A stretch of DNA of 62,356 nt, counting the filler, from Dehalococcoidia bacterium (GTDB lineage: Bacteria > Chloroflexota > Dehalococcoidia > DSTF01 > JACRBR01), in assembly GCA_041494685.1 (NCBI GenBank). It is 2 parts of 2 records of this genome, joined end to end, with 100 filler letters (N's around TTAATTAATTAA, not from the genome) between each part and the next. Parts side by side here need not be neighbours in the genome. Positions count along the whole stretch, not along the records: positions 1 to 31,183 come from JBGQBE010000040.1; 1 more part is not named here. One strand, written 5' to 3'. Made by a program: the position numbers and the translations under genes. Under the pieces are notes generated by a model that ran no database searches, was not told where the DNA came from, and saw only the letters and a program-made list of their open reading frames with translations. Below, piece by piece: positions 8,866-18,674 of this stretch; positions within the stretch are counted from its first letter, which is position 1; each line of letters begins with the position of its first letter.

Positions 8866-10098
8866 ATGAGCATGAGAACCCGCAAGCCAAACCCGACAGA
8901 CGCCCGCGTCCAAGCGGTCGCCCTCGCGGCACTGCATCCGGCCGCCTGGAACCCGCGCACGATCAGCGACGAGCGGTTTCAGAACCTCTGCCGCTCGATC
9001 GAGGCCGATCCCGAGTTCCTCTGGCGTAGACCGATCCTCGCCCAGGCCGACGGCACGATCTATGCCGGCAACTTGCGGTATCGCGCCGCTCACCAACTCG
9101 ACATGACGTCGGTGCCAGCGATCATCGAGGACGTGTCAGACCAGCTCGCTCGGGAGCGTGCGCTTCGCGACAACGCCCAATGGGGTGATTGGGAGGGCGA
9201 CGAACTGGCGGCGCTGCTGGACCGGCTGCGGGCGGACGGCAGCGACGTCGATCTCCTGGGGTTCGACGAACGCGAGTTGCAGCAACTGCTCGACCGACTC
9301 ACGGGGCCAGTCCTGGCAGATCCCGACGACGTGCCGCCCCTGCCTGATGAACCAGTCACGCAGCCCGGTGACCTTTGGCTTCTTGGTGACCACCGCGTGG
9401 CCTGTGGTGACGCCACTGATCCCCAGACGTTCGCGACGCTCATGGACGGCGCGCTGGCCTCCTGCATGTGGACGGACCCGCCCTACGGCGTCGACTACGT
9501 CGGAGGCACAAAGGACAAGCTGACGATCAAGAACGACAACGCCGACGGCTTGAATGCACTGCTCGCCGGCGCGTTTGCCGCGATCGATCCGGTGCTGGCC
9601 GACGGCGCGGCGATCTACATCGCTCATCCAACCGGACCGCTGTCGATGACGTTCATGAGCAACTTCGTCGCGCGTGGCTGGCGGTTCCACCAGAGCCTGG
9701 TTTGGGTGAAGGACTCGCTCGTCCCAGGTCACAATGACTATCAGATGCGGCACGAGGGCGTGCTGTTCGGCTACAAGGCCGCACAGGGGCGCCGTGGCCG
9801 CGGCGCGCGGGGCTGGTACGGCGATAACAGCGCCACGTCGGTGTTCGAGGTGCCACGGCCGAAAGCGTCGCCCGACCACCCAACCGCCAAGCCGGTCGCG
9901 CTGGTCGCGGCGATGATCAACAACAGCAGCCGCAGCGCCGAGATCGTCCTCGATCCGTTCTTGGGATCGGGCAGCACGCTGATCGCCGCTGAGCAGTTGG
10001 GCCGGCGATGTTTCGGCGTGGACGTCGATCCTCGCTACGTCGATGTTGCCCTCCGCCGCTGGGAGCGGGTGACGGGAAGGACGGCTCAGCGTGCCTAA
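8866..10098 (+). CDS. ParB-like N-terminal domain fused to N6A/N4C DNA methyltransferase (phage-type)
   Basis: L.PAAWNPR..., AGNLRYRAA, DN..WGDW (ParB-like); TDPPY, HPTAKP, DPFLGSGST (beta-class methyltransferase). Confidence 0.92.
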   Translation: MSMRTRKPNPTDARVQAVALAALHPAAWNPRTISDERFQNLCRSIEADPEFLWRRPILAQADGTIYAGNLRYRAAHQLDMTSVPAIIEDVSDQLARERALRDNAQWGDWEGDELAALLDRLRADGSDVDLLGFDERELQQLLDRLTGPVLADPDDVPPLPDEPVTQPGDLWLLGDHRVACGDATDPQTFATLMDGALASCMWTDPPYGVDYVGGTKDKLTIKNDNADGLNALLAGAFAAIDPVLADGAAIYIAHPTGPLSMTFMSNFVARGWRFHQSLVWVKDSLVPGHNDYQMRHEGVLFGYKAAQGRRGRGARGWYGDNSATSVFEVPRPKASPDHPTAKPVALVAAMINNSSRSAEIVLDPFLGSGSTLIAAEQLGRRCFGVDVDPRYVDVALRRWERVTGRTAQRA

Positions 10099-10235
10099 TG
10101 GTGTCTTTCGCGATCTAGCTGGACGCACGTGTCGCTCGTCCGGGACGGACGACACGACCATGCCCAATGCGTGCGCCGCAACTCGATCCGAGTCGTGCTG
10201 ACGAGGCGGGAGTCATTCAGAGGAGCGGTGGCCGA

Positions 10236-10505
10236 ATGTCTGTTGCGTCAGAAGACTTGGAGGAACCGTGGCCTGCCTTTGAGCTGGTCGTCGGCCGGTG
10301 TGTCGCCGAGATTCACGAGCCAAGCGAGGAGCCCCTCCAATTTTGCGTTCGCATCCGTGGCATCAGCCTCTGCGGAGACTGCATCGACATCTACTCCTGG
10401 GGCTTCGATGAAGCGGTTGGAAGGTGGCGCGCACGCCAACGCGAAGTCGACCGCGTGCCTGCACAGGAGGGTGGACAGCATCAATCGGGTCGGACCGAAG
10501 AGTGA
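10236..10505 (+). CDS. Hypothetical protein
   Basis: AGGAG upstream of ATG; 89 aa with a CxxC (CGDC). No recognised family. Confidence 0.35.
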   Translation: MSVASEDLEEPWPAFELVVGRCVAEIHEPSEEPLQFCVRIRGISLCGDCIDIYSWGFDEAVGRWRARQREVDRVPAQEGGQHQSGRTEE

Positions 10506-10529
10506 CGGCGGCGGAGCACGCCGACTCGA

Positions 10530-11066
10530 TTGGAGCAGGCGCTCATCCGCGCCGGCACTGCGGCTCAGATCGCACCTCGTGGCGCGCCGCTGGCCGCTGC
10601 GATGGGCATCGACCTGGTGCCCGGCGCGCGCATCCCGGTAGGCGACACGTTGCAGCTGAGCGGCCGCCCTGAGGCCTACGCCATCGGCGATATCGCGGTT
10701 CTGCAAGGGCCCGACGGCAACCCGTATCCGATGCTCGCGCAGGTCGCCCTGCAGCAGGGAGATGTCGCGGCCCGGAACATCTTGCGCGCGGTGCGCGGCG
10801 AGCCGCCGCTATGCTTTCGCTATCGGGACCGCGGCACGATGGCGACGATCGGTCGCCGCATGGCGGTGGCGCACGTCTTCGGGCTGCAGTTCAGCGGCTT
10901 CTTTGCGTGGGCCCTGTGGCTGGTGGTGCACCTGCTGGCGATCATCGGTCTGCGCAACCGCGCGCTGGTGCTGCTCAACTGGACATGGAACTACTTTCGC
11001 TATGACCGCGCCAGCCGTCTCGTCGCGGACGACATCTCGCGCGGCGAAGAAGCTCGTCGGGCGTGA
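10530..11066 (+). pseudogene. C-terminal fragment of type II NADH dehydrogenase
   Basis: YAIGDIA, PMLAQVALQQG, FRYRDRGTMATIGR, AWALWLVVHL...GLRNR. Both N-terminal GxGxxG nucleotide-binding regions are missing. Confidence 0.85.
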
Positions 11067-11081
11067 TGCAACCTTGCCAGT

Positions 11082-11534
11082 TCACACGCTCCCGGCGGTG
11101 TCGGGCGCCTTTTCCAGCTCCCGCAGACGCCGCCTCATCGCACGGTCACGCTCGAAGCGCTCTGTGATATCACGCGCCTGCGCCATAGCCCCGACTACGG
11201 CGCCATCACCTCCGTGTACGATAGCGAAACTCAGTTCGACGTAGATTTCGGAGCCGTCTTGTTTGAGCGCTCGCGTCGGAAGGGACTGGCCGCGATACTT
11301 CGTATCGCCGGCGGCGAGCGCGCGGTCGTAGCCGGTCCAGTGCGCCTCGCGGAGCTTTTCGGGAATGATGATATCCAGGTTCTGGCCGATGGCCGCTGCC
11401 GCCGGATAGCCGAAGATGCGTTCCGCGGCCGGATTCCAGACCCGGACGACGCCGTCGCGGTCCGCGAAGATCATCGCGTCGGGCGCCTGGACTACGAGAC
11501 TGGCGAGGTCAACGGCATTACCGTCCACATTCAC
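11082..11534 (-). CDS. Stand-alone PAS domain (S-box) protein
   Basis: APDAMIFADRDG..RVWNPAAERIFGY...GQNLDIIIPE...H, ending in RDITER. Confidence 0.88.
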   Translation of the reverse strand: MNVDGNAVDLASLVVQAPDAMIFADRDGVVRVWNPAAERIFGYPAAAAIGQNLDIIIPEKLREAHWTGYDRALAAGDTKYRGQSLPTRALKQDGSEIYVELSFAIVHGGDGAVVGAMAQARDITERFERDRAMRRRLRELEKAPDTAGSV

Positions 11535-11974
11535 GGTGAGCGTCCTTCCGCAAGTAGCTGCTTAACGACGAGATCAAGCATACACATGCCAGTCCGCTTT
11601 GCGACCCCGGAGTAGCGGTGGCCACCGAGCGTAGCGCGGCGGCCCTTGGCAACCAGCGCGGCACGGCGGAGCGACCCAGTCTCACTTCGTGGTGAGCGCT
11701 CCGCCGTTTCATTGCCCATCGCAGCCGGCCGACCGAGATCGAGCCATTCGGCAGTTGAGAAGCCCCCTTCATAGATCGATGATCGTGGACGTTCGGAGCG
11801 CGGCTCCTCGAATGTCGTTTCGGCCCGGCCAGCCTGGCGGTGTCCTCTTGTGAGGAATGCGATCACCACGCGCGGGTCCCCTCTCGCTCCGGACCGCCTC
11901 TGGCGCCCGTCGCGGACCGTCACATCAGGCCGGCTTCTCGGCGCCACCATCCGCTCATCGTGATGGCCGAACAT

Positions 11975-12017
11975 ATGGTTTAGCAAACCACTGCTCTATC
12001 CTCTGAGCTACGGGGGC
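11975..12017 (-). pseudogene. 5' half of a tRNA (Arg-like body, GCT in the anticodon position), truncated after the anticodon stem
   Basis: GCCCCCG-TA-GCTC-AGAGGATA-GAGC-A-GTGGT-TTGCTAA-ACCAT, with no T-arm or acceptor 3' strand following. Confidence 0.75.
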
Positions 12018-12132
12018 GTAGGCGCACCCCGCACACTACGTCCTCATGGTGCGTGGCATTGCGACGGCTGTCCTCGCGCGTTCCGTTGTAGAGCCTGATG
12101 GTAGGGAACCCGCAGACGGTTACCGTCGGCGC

Positions 12133-13515
12133 TCAGCTCGCGTAGGTCACCGGATCGAGTGAGAGTGCGAGGCTCCGTTGGGGCTCGCCCAAGCCCCGAA
12201 GGCTTGTGTTTTCGCGGGCGACGCGGGCGAACAGCTCGAGCGCGGCGACGTCATCGAGGGCGCTCGTGTCGTGTCGTAGGTGCTCCTCAAAGAGCCTGCA
12301 GCGCAGTGCGCGAACAGTGGCACCGTGCCAGATCGACGCGTTGAGCTCGGTGTCGCCGTAGAACGACCGGTTGGCTACGTTGGCAGACCCGATCGTGCAC
12401 CACGCGTCGTCGATGAGCCCGATCTTGGCGTGCACGTACACACTCTGGTACTCGCCACTACTACGCTGGGTTGCGAGACCGGTAAGCGTGAAGTGCTGGA
12501 ACTGCCCAAGCGCTCCGAGCGCCCCGAAGAAGCCCTCGTTGCGTGGGTCACGGCGCGCCTGAGCCATCTCCGCATTCGGTTCGATCGGCACGACAAACGC
12601 CACGTGGACGCCGCGACGTAGCGCGCGGCTCAGTGCGTCGAGGATCTGTGGCGACCCGATGGCTTGGTCTTCAATGTAGATCGTGCGCTCGGCCGTATCG
12701 ATTGCCTGGAGATACTGGTCGGCAATGCTGGTCTCACCCCGTTCTATCGGAAACATCTGGCCGCCCGGCGTGGACGTGCCGTCTGTGTAGCGGTCGCGCC
12801 GCACCGTGCGCTGGATCTGTACAACCGCGTCACCTGCGTTCGGCGACGCTCGTTCGGGAAAGCGCAGCTGATCTTGGCTCGCAGCATCGGGCCAGACCCC
12901 GTCCTGCGCGTCGCGGTCACTCGCCTCGTTCCAGCGCTGCACAAAGTTGTGGTGCACGTCGCTGGCGGACGGACCGCTCAACTCTACGTAGACGTCGTGA
13001 GTGTTGCCGGCGTCGGTTGGTGCATGGCCCGGCGACACCATCGATCCCCGGGTCAAATTGATGCCTCCGACAAACGCGATCTCGTCGGCTCGGCCTGCGT
13101 CGATCAGCCAGCTCTTCTGGTGTTGGCAGTACGCCCCATGAGCGCGGTCCCAGCGCGCCAGAAAGCGCGAGCGGCGCGCCTGCAACATGGCACGTTCAGC
13201 TGGCGTGCCCGAAAAGTGCTTGCCAGGGTCTATCTGCTCGAGTTCGACGTGCCGCCAGAAGATCACGCGCACGTCGAGGCCTCGCTCTACCGCGCGATCG
13301 AGTACATCGAACAGGTTGCCGCGGCCGTCCGGCAGCTGGAACATGGGCACGTAAAACGCGACCGTGACCCAGACGCTGTGGCGCGCGGCTTCAACGGCTT
13401 CGCAAATGCGCCTAAACGCCGGCTCCCCATCCACGAGCGGTCGCACCGCGTTACCGGCGCGGATAGGGTACGAGCCAGAGTCGGTGAACGGGATATGGGA
13501 TGCGTCGCGTCGCAT
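12133..13515 (-). CDS. Phospholipase D family protein (cardiolipin synthase-like)
   Basis: Two HxKxxxxD motifs: HQKSWLID...GGIN and HAKIGLID...GSAN. Confidence 0.9.
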   Translation of the reverse strand: MRRDASHIPFTDSGSYPIRAGNAVRPLVDGEPAFRRICEAVEAARHSVWVTVAFYVPMFQLPDGRGNLFDVLDRAVERGLDVRVIFWRHVELEQIDPGKHFSGTPAERAMLQARRSRFLARWDRAHGAYCQHQKSWLIDAGRADEIAFVGGINLTRGSMVSPGHAPTDAGNTHDVYVELSGPSASDVHHNFVQRWNEASDRDAQDGVWPDAASQDQLRFPERASPNAGDAVVQIQRTVRRDRYTDGTSTPGGQMFPIERGETSIADQYLQAIDTAERTIYIEDQAIGSPQILDALSRALRRGVHVAFVVPIEPNAEMAQARRDPRNEGFFGALGALGQFQHFTLTGLATQRSSGEYQSVYVHAKIGLIDDAWCTIGSANVANRSFYGDTELNASIWHGATVRALRCRLFEEHLRHDTSALDDVAALELFARVARENTSLRGLGEPQRSLALSLDPVTYAS

Positions 13516-13726
13516 CGGAGCCTCCTACGTTGGTTCGCGGTGACGGGCCGGGCTCGCAAGCTTGGGCGCGTGCCAGCGAGGTTCGACAGAAGCAAGTATA
13601 AGGTACCGAACGAACCTAGTCTTCACCGATCCGCTCGCCTCCATCACCATGACCAAATCGTGAGCGATGACCTTAAAGAGCCGACACTCGAAGCCGGGGG
13701 CCCCGCCGGTGTGCTATGTTCCCGCT

Positions 13727-14512
13727 ATGATGCCCGACGTTGATCCTGTCGCTCATAACCGTGCCGCGTGTGACAAGCGAGTGGAGCAAGGCGACGAATG
13801 GACGAGGCCCGTCGGCCCCGACGTGATCGCTCGTGCCCAAGTCAACGACTGGTCCGTCGTCCTCATCGGCTACGAGCCGACGCCGCGCGACTGGTTCCCC
13901 GCCAACCTCCACGGCGTAGACATCCTGTGCCTCGCATCCGGCGGCGGCCAGCAGGGCCCCGTCCTCGCGGCTGCGGGCGCGAACGTCACCGTCTTCGACA
14001 ACTCACCGAAGCAACTTGCACAGGACGCATCGGTCGCTGATCGCGAGGGCCTCGACCTCTGTACCGTGCTCGGCGATATGCGCGACCTCGGCGTGTTCGC
14101 GGACGCGAATTTCGACCTAGTGTTTCATCCGGTCTCAAACCTCTTCTGCCCCGAACTCGGGCCGGTCTGGCGCGAATGCTTTCGCGTCCTCCGTCCGGGC
14201 GGGTCACTGCTCGCCGGCTTCATGAACCCGGATCTTTACGTCTTCGATATGGAGGCGCAGGAGCAGCGGGCCGAGCTCGTCGTGCGCCATCAGCTCCCGT
14301 ATTCCGACCTCACGCACCTCTCGCAAGAAGAGCGCGAACGCCTCGTCGGGCCGGACGCGCCGCTCGAATACAGCCACACCATGACGGAGCAGATCGGGGG
14401 GCAGCTCGCGGCGGGTTTCGTGCTCACCGCATTCGCTGAGGCGCCGCACCACGCCGGCATCACCGCGAAGTACATGCCTGGCTATTTTGCGACGCGCGCG
14501 CTCAAACCGTAG
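13727..14512 (+). CDS. Class I SAM-dependent methyltransferase
   Basis: LCLASGGGQQGP, FDNSPKQL, GDMRDL, HPVSN, RVLRPGG. Confidence 0.9.
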   Translation: MMPDVDPVAHNRAACDKRVEQGDEWTRPVGPDVIARAQVNDWSVVLIGYEPTPRDWFPANLHGVDILCLASGGGQQGPVLAAAGANVTVFDNSPKQLAQDASVADREGLDLCTVLGDMRDLGVFADANFDLVFHPVSNLFCPELGPVWRECFRVLRPGGSLLAGFMNPDLYVFDMEAQEQRAELVVRHQLPYSDLTHLSQEERERLVGPDAPLEYSHTMTEQIGGQLAAGFVLTAFAEAPHHAGITAKYMPGYFATRALKP

Positions 14513-14558
14513 ATGTAGGCGGCCCCTACGCGGACGAACGGTCTCCCGTGCTCTCGCC

Positions 14559-14580
14559 AACACGATGGTGACATCGTGTT
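14559..14580. terminator. Hairpin between convergent genes
   Basis: AACACGATG-GTGA-CATCGTGTT. Confidence 0.45.
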
Positions 14581-14618
14581 CGGCGGTTCCGCCGGTCACG
14601 CGGCGCCCGAGGTGGACT

Positions 14619-16475
14619 CTACGAACGTGACCGCAGCGGACGCGGGCGATGAGCGCGCACGCGGCGCCATCGAAAGACGCGCTCGCGCCGCTGCTCGTGA
14701 TGGAGTTGCCGCGTTCGAGCGGTGAGCAGATCGCTCAGCGCGATCATGCCGGCGAGCTTCACCGCTGAGCCACGCTCCACGACGGGCAACCTGGTGAAGC
14801 CGGACTCGGCCATGCGGAACGCGATCGCGCGGAGCGGTTCGTCGGGGTACGCGACGACGGGGTGCTCATGAATCAGCTCGCGCAGGAGCTGGCCGTCCAC
14901 ATCGGCTCCGGCGGCGAACTCGCGGAGGTCACCACGAGTCACGACGCCCACGAGCGTGCCCTCGCGATCGACGACTGGATAGAGCCGATGCTCGCGCCCG
15001 GAACGGAACCTCAGCGATCGTGTGAGCTCGCGGAGGCTCTCGAGTGCATCGAGCGCCAGGACGTCCGTGCGCATCACGTCACGGACGAACGTCGTCTCGA
15101 GAGGATCGATCGCGTACTCGCGGCTCAGGTGGAGGCCGCGGCGACTGACCTTCTCTGTGAGGATGGAGCGGCGCATGACCAGGACGGTGAAACCATACGC
15201 CACGACGACCGCGACCAGCAGCGGCGTCAGCACGTTCACGTCGTGTGTTAGTTCCAGAGCGAAGATGATGGCGGTAAAGGGCGTCCTCATCGTCCCGCCC
15301 AGCACCGCGGCCATGCCGATGAGCGGCCAGAAGCCCGTACCTTCGTTGGGCAGGACCGACGCCATGAGGCCGCCCATCGCGCTGCCGATCATCAGCAGCG
15401 GCGCGAGCACGCCACCCGATGTCCCCGACCCCAGCGACACCGCCCAGATCAGTGATTTGACAATCAAGATGCCGGCGATTAGGCGCATCGACGTATCTTG
15501 CTGCAACAGAGCGCCGATGTTGCCGTAGCCGACGCCGAGCGCCTCGGGGAAGATCAGACCGCCAAGACCAACCACGAGCCCGCCGATGGCTGGCCACCAC
15601 ATCCAGTGAATCGGCAGGCGAGCAAACGCGTCCTCCGATGCGTACACCGATGCCGTTAGCGCGGAGGCGACCAGGCCGGCCAGCAGCCCGACGAGCACGC
15701 AACCCGCGATGCCCGGCAACCCGATGTACGCCGGATGGGCCGGCACGGGAAAGAGCGGGCCAGCGCCGATGACGCTCCTCCGGACGACCGCCGCGACCGC
15801 GCTCGCGAGGGCGACCGGGATCAGGCTGCGTGGCTTCCACTCGAACAACAGCAGCTCGACCGAGAGCAGCACTGCGGCTATCGGCGACGCGAACGTCGCC
15901 GACATGCCGCCAGCAGCGCCCGCGACGAGCAGCGTCTTGCGTTCGGCGCCGGTGAGATGGAAGAACTGGGCGATGATCGAGCCGAACGCGCCGCCGGTCA
16001 TGATGATCGGTCCCTCGGCTCCGAACGGACCGCCTGAGCCGATCGAGATCGCTGAGGAGAGCGGCTTGAGGATCGCCACACGTGGCTGCATTCGGCTATC
16101 GCCGATCAAGATCGCTTCGAGCGCCTCCGGGATGCCGTGGCCGCGGATGCGTTCGGAGCCGTAGCGTGCCATGAGTCCGATCACGAGCGCACCGGCGACC
16201 GGCACGACGATTGCCAGCGCGCCGAGGTGGTTGCCGGCAGGACTAACCAGCGCCGTGCCGAGGCGCTGGTAGTAGAAGAGGTTCGTGAAGAGACCAATGA
16301 GGCGCAGCAACGCCAGCGCAAGGAATGCGCTCGCGACGCCGATCGGGATGGCGAGCGCGGCGATCGGGATGACCCGAGGCGTTAGGGCGAAGTCTGCGAG
16401 CCGTTCGTCGTCGGCGTCGTCCTTACCGCGTCGCGTCAGGTCAGCCGCGCGTTTCGCCAGACCGGCAAGCGTCAT
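14619..16475 (-). CDS. ClC chloride channel/transporter with two CBS domains
   Basis: GHGIPE, GGPFGAEGP, GTSGGVLAP signatures and a C-terminal CBS pair. Confidence 0.94.
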   Translation of the reverse strand: MTLAGLAKRAADLTRRGKDDADDERLADFALTPRVIPIAALAIPIGVASAFLALALLRLIGLFTNLFYYQRLGTALVSPAGNHLGALAIVVPVAGALVIGLMARYGSERIRGHGIPEALEAILIGDSRMQPRVAILKPLSSAISIGSGGPFGAEGPIIMTGGAFGSIIAQFFHLTGAERKTLLVAGAAGGMSATFASPIAAVLLSVELLLFEWKPRSLIPVALASAVAAVVRRSVIGAGPLFPVPAHPAYIGLPGIAGCVLVGLLAGLVASALTASVYASEDAFARLPIHWMWWPAIGGLVVGLGGLIFPEALGVGYGNIGALLQQDTSMRLIAGILIVKSLIWAVSLGSGTSGGVLAPLLMIGSAMGGLMASVLPNEGTGFWPLIGMAAVLGGTMRTPFTAIIFALELTHDVNVLTPLLVAVVVAYGFTVLVMRRSILTEKVSRRGLHLSREYAIDPLETTFVRDVMRTDVLALDALESLRELTRSLRFRSGREHRLYPVVDREGTLVGVVTRGDLREFAAGADVDGQLLRELIHEHPVVAYPDEPLRAIAFRMAESGFTRLPVVERGSAVKLAGMIALSDLLTARTRQLHHEQRRERVFRWRRVRAHRPRPLRSRS

Positions 16476-16939
16476 CTGGTCGCCGTCTCGGTCTCGCGGA
16501 CGCGCCGTGGCGGGCCTTCGGGCGGCGCGTCGCGCATGAGCGTCTTCAGTGCGCGAGCGAGATCAGGCCCAGCGGAGCGGAGTTCGTCGCGGTGGTGGAT
16601 CGAAAGGCGCCTAAGCTTCTCAGCACCCTCGCCGGTGAGCTGGACGAAGACCTGGCGCCGGTCCACGTCCCCGCGCACGCACCGCACGAGTCCGCGCTCC
16701 TCGGCGCGGTCGATGAGTTCGGCGGTGCTGTGGTGTCGCAGCTGGAGGCGCTCTGCAAGCTCTCCGATCGTAGCTTGACGACCTTCCGGCAAGCCTCTGA
16801 TGGCGAGCAGGAGCTGGTGTTGCTGCGGCTCCAAGCCGGCGCTCCTGGCTATGTCTTCACTGACACGTAGGAAGCGGCGGAGTTGATATCGCAGGTCCGC
16901 CAACGCTCGGTAATCGGCGTCCGTGACGGGCTGCTTCAT
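16472..16939 (-). CDS. MarR family transcriptional regulator
   Basis: LADLRYQLRRFL..SE, QHQLLLAI, LAERLQLRHHS, DRRQVFVQLT. Overlaps the ClC start (ATGA). Confidence 0.9.
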   Translation of the reverse strand: MKQPVTDADYRALADLRYQLRRFLRVSEDIARSAGLEPQQHQLLLAIRGLPEGRQATIGELAERLQLRHHSTAELIDRAEERGLVRCVRGDVDRRQVFVQLTGEGAEKLRRLSIHHRDELRSAGPDLARALKTLMRDAPPEGPPRRVRETETATR

Positions 16940-16961
16940 CGCGCGGTCTCGCTTGAGTAGT

Positions 16962-16974
16962 ATCGTGACACGAT
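16962..16974. promoter_or_regulatory. Palindromic operator, probably bound by the MarR regulator
   Basis: ATCGTG-A-CACGAT in the divergent MarR/PRC intergenic region. Confidence 0.55.
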
Positions 16975-17028
16975 CTATTATGGAGGTGGCGTCGATGAGC
17001 GTCAAGGCGCCGTTCGCGGAGGCGGGCG

Positions 17029-17697
17029 ATGTACACGACGATGCGGGAGCTGCGGGGTTGGACGATCCGAGGAACCGATGGCGGCGACGCCGCCAAAGTC
17101 GATGACATCCTGTTCGACGATCGAGCCTGGCGCGTCCGTTACGTGGTCGCCGAAACGGGTAGCTGGCTTCATCGGCACAAGGTGCTCCTCTCGCCCAACG
17201 CTTTGGGCAGATTACGCGGCCAAGCTCACTTCGTCCCGGCGTTGTTGACCGCCAATGAGATCGCGCATTGCTTGCCTGTTGACGCCGATCCGCCGGTATC
17301 AACTCGAATGGCGGCGCAGCTGGGCGATCTCGTCACGCTCGCGACGTATTGGGTGGGAGGATTCGGTGTGCCGTATCTCGCGAGTCCGGTGACGTCGCCG
17401 CTGCCGCGGTCCAAGCCTCAAACGGGCGATCCGCACCTTCGAAGTGCGACATGGCTCATGGGATATCACACAGTGGCGCAGGACGGCGAGATTGGCTCGT
17501 TGGAGGATCTCCTCATCGACGACGAGGGCTGGTGCCTGCGCGATCTGGTCGTGCAAACGCACGGCTGGCCGCATCACAAGGACGTACTCATCGCACCGCA
17601 CTGGGTGAGCCGCATCAGCTGGGCGATGCGTACGGTCCGCATCGAGCTGCCGCGCGAGCGCGTCGTGGGAGCTTTATCCGGGCCTTCACTGAGCTGA
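17029..17697 (+). CDS. PRC-barrel domain protein (two barrels)
   Basis: LRGWTIRGTDG..KVDDILFDDRAWRVRYVV, DPHLRS, GYH..AQDGEIG..EDLLIDD. Confidence 0.88.
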   Translation: MYTTMRELRGWTIRGTDGGDAAKVDDILFDDRAWRVRYVVAETGSWLHRHKVLLSPNALGRLRGQAHFVPALLTANEIAHCLPVDADPPVSTRMAAQLGDLVTLATYWVGGFGVPYLASPVTSPLPRSKPQTGDPHLRSATWLMGYHTVAQDGEIGSLEDLLIDDEGWCLRDLVVQTHGWPHHKDVLIAPHWVSRISWAMRTVRIELPRERVVGALSGPSLS

Positions 17698-17765
17698 CTC
17701 CAAACCGGCACAACCGCAGCCGCCGTCAGGCGCGCCAATCGAACACCATGGCACAATCGTGAGCG

Positions 17766-18380
17766 TCAGGAAGCCTGCACCCGCCGCCTCACGTCGCTGT
17801 TGTACACCGCGAAGCGTTCTATGAGTCGGCTCACGCCAGTGTACTTGTAAGCTTCAATGTACCGGCGAATCGCGTCGAAGAATGCTTGAGTGTGAACGGA
17901 TTCGGTGAGATCGGCGGGCGCGGTGAGCCGTGAGTTTATCCAGTAGTCAAGGTACGGTCGGAATCCGTCGAGCGTCACCAAGCCGGCTTCGATGAAGTGG
18001 TCGAATCGTTCGAGACCGTCGAGGAAGGCGTCGAAGCAGTCACGGATCGCAAACTCGTAGCCCTCAAAATGCCCAGGTTCGTCGGCCACCGGTCCGTGGC
18101 CTCCAAGGTGGTCGCGACGAGGTTCGAGCGACTTGCACAACATCTTGTCAGTGACGTATACAAGACCCCCGCCCGGAAGAATGGGAACATTCAGATCCGT
18201 CCAGTCGAGCAAGAGCATTGCATGCTTCACGGCTTCGTTCGCTTCGAATTCCTTGACTTGAATTGCCACGAACTCCGCGCGCTTCCAGCGTTGGGCGTTG
18301 GCGTACTGCCGAAGGCCCGCGAAGAACGCGGCAGCGCCCGTCACTAGACCCGTAATGGTGATCCAGTTGCCCGCATCCAT
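17766..18380 (-). CDS. Hypothetical protein with N-terminal TM helix
   Basis: 204-aa ORF, GGAGGA SD, hydrophobic N-terminus, codon usage less GC-biased than core genes. Confidence 0.7.
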   Translation of the reverse strand: MDAGNWITITGLVTGAAAFFAGLRQYANAQRWKRAEFVAIQVKEFEANEAVKHAMLLLDWTDLNVPILPGGGLVYVTDKMLCKSLEPRRDHLGGHGPVADEPGHFEGYEFAIRDCFDAFLDGLERFDHFIEAGLVTLDGFRPYLDYWINSRLTAPADLTESVHTQAFFDAIRRYIEAYKYTGVSRLIERFAVYNSDVRRRVQAS

Positions 18381-18674
18381 TAGTCCTCCGATACATGCTG
18401 AAGCGCTGTTTCGAGAACTCCGACCCCGCGGAGTTGGGTGGCGCTTTCAGCAAATCGTAGCGGAGTGCGCCGAACGCCCATATGCCGGAACCACCCGCCG
18501 CCCAAGAGCCTACAGTACAGAGAGCACAATGGCGCGCAGCACGCTAGCTTCCCGCCCGCGATTGCCCGGTGCCAAACGCTCAGATGTCACGACGACGCAA
18601 ACGGTCGCGATGTCGTTCTCACAGGCGGCGGCGCCACAGGATCGTTACACTCGCCTGCGCCGGCACGCGTGTCT

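Larger units (their letters stand above)
4541..10098. mobile_element. Decayed tRNA-integrated element (prophage/satellite/ICE-like core); cargo probably continues to the contig end at 31183
   Basis: Order tRNA - arm repeats - int - regulator | xis - rep fragment - ParB/methylase. No attR copy of the tRNA 3' end was seen, so the right boundary is undefined. Confidence 0.8.

Noticed and set aside
11975..12017. Functional tRNA-Ser(GCT)
   Set aside because: No variable arm, T-arm or acceptor 3' strand follows.
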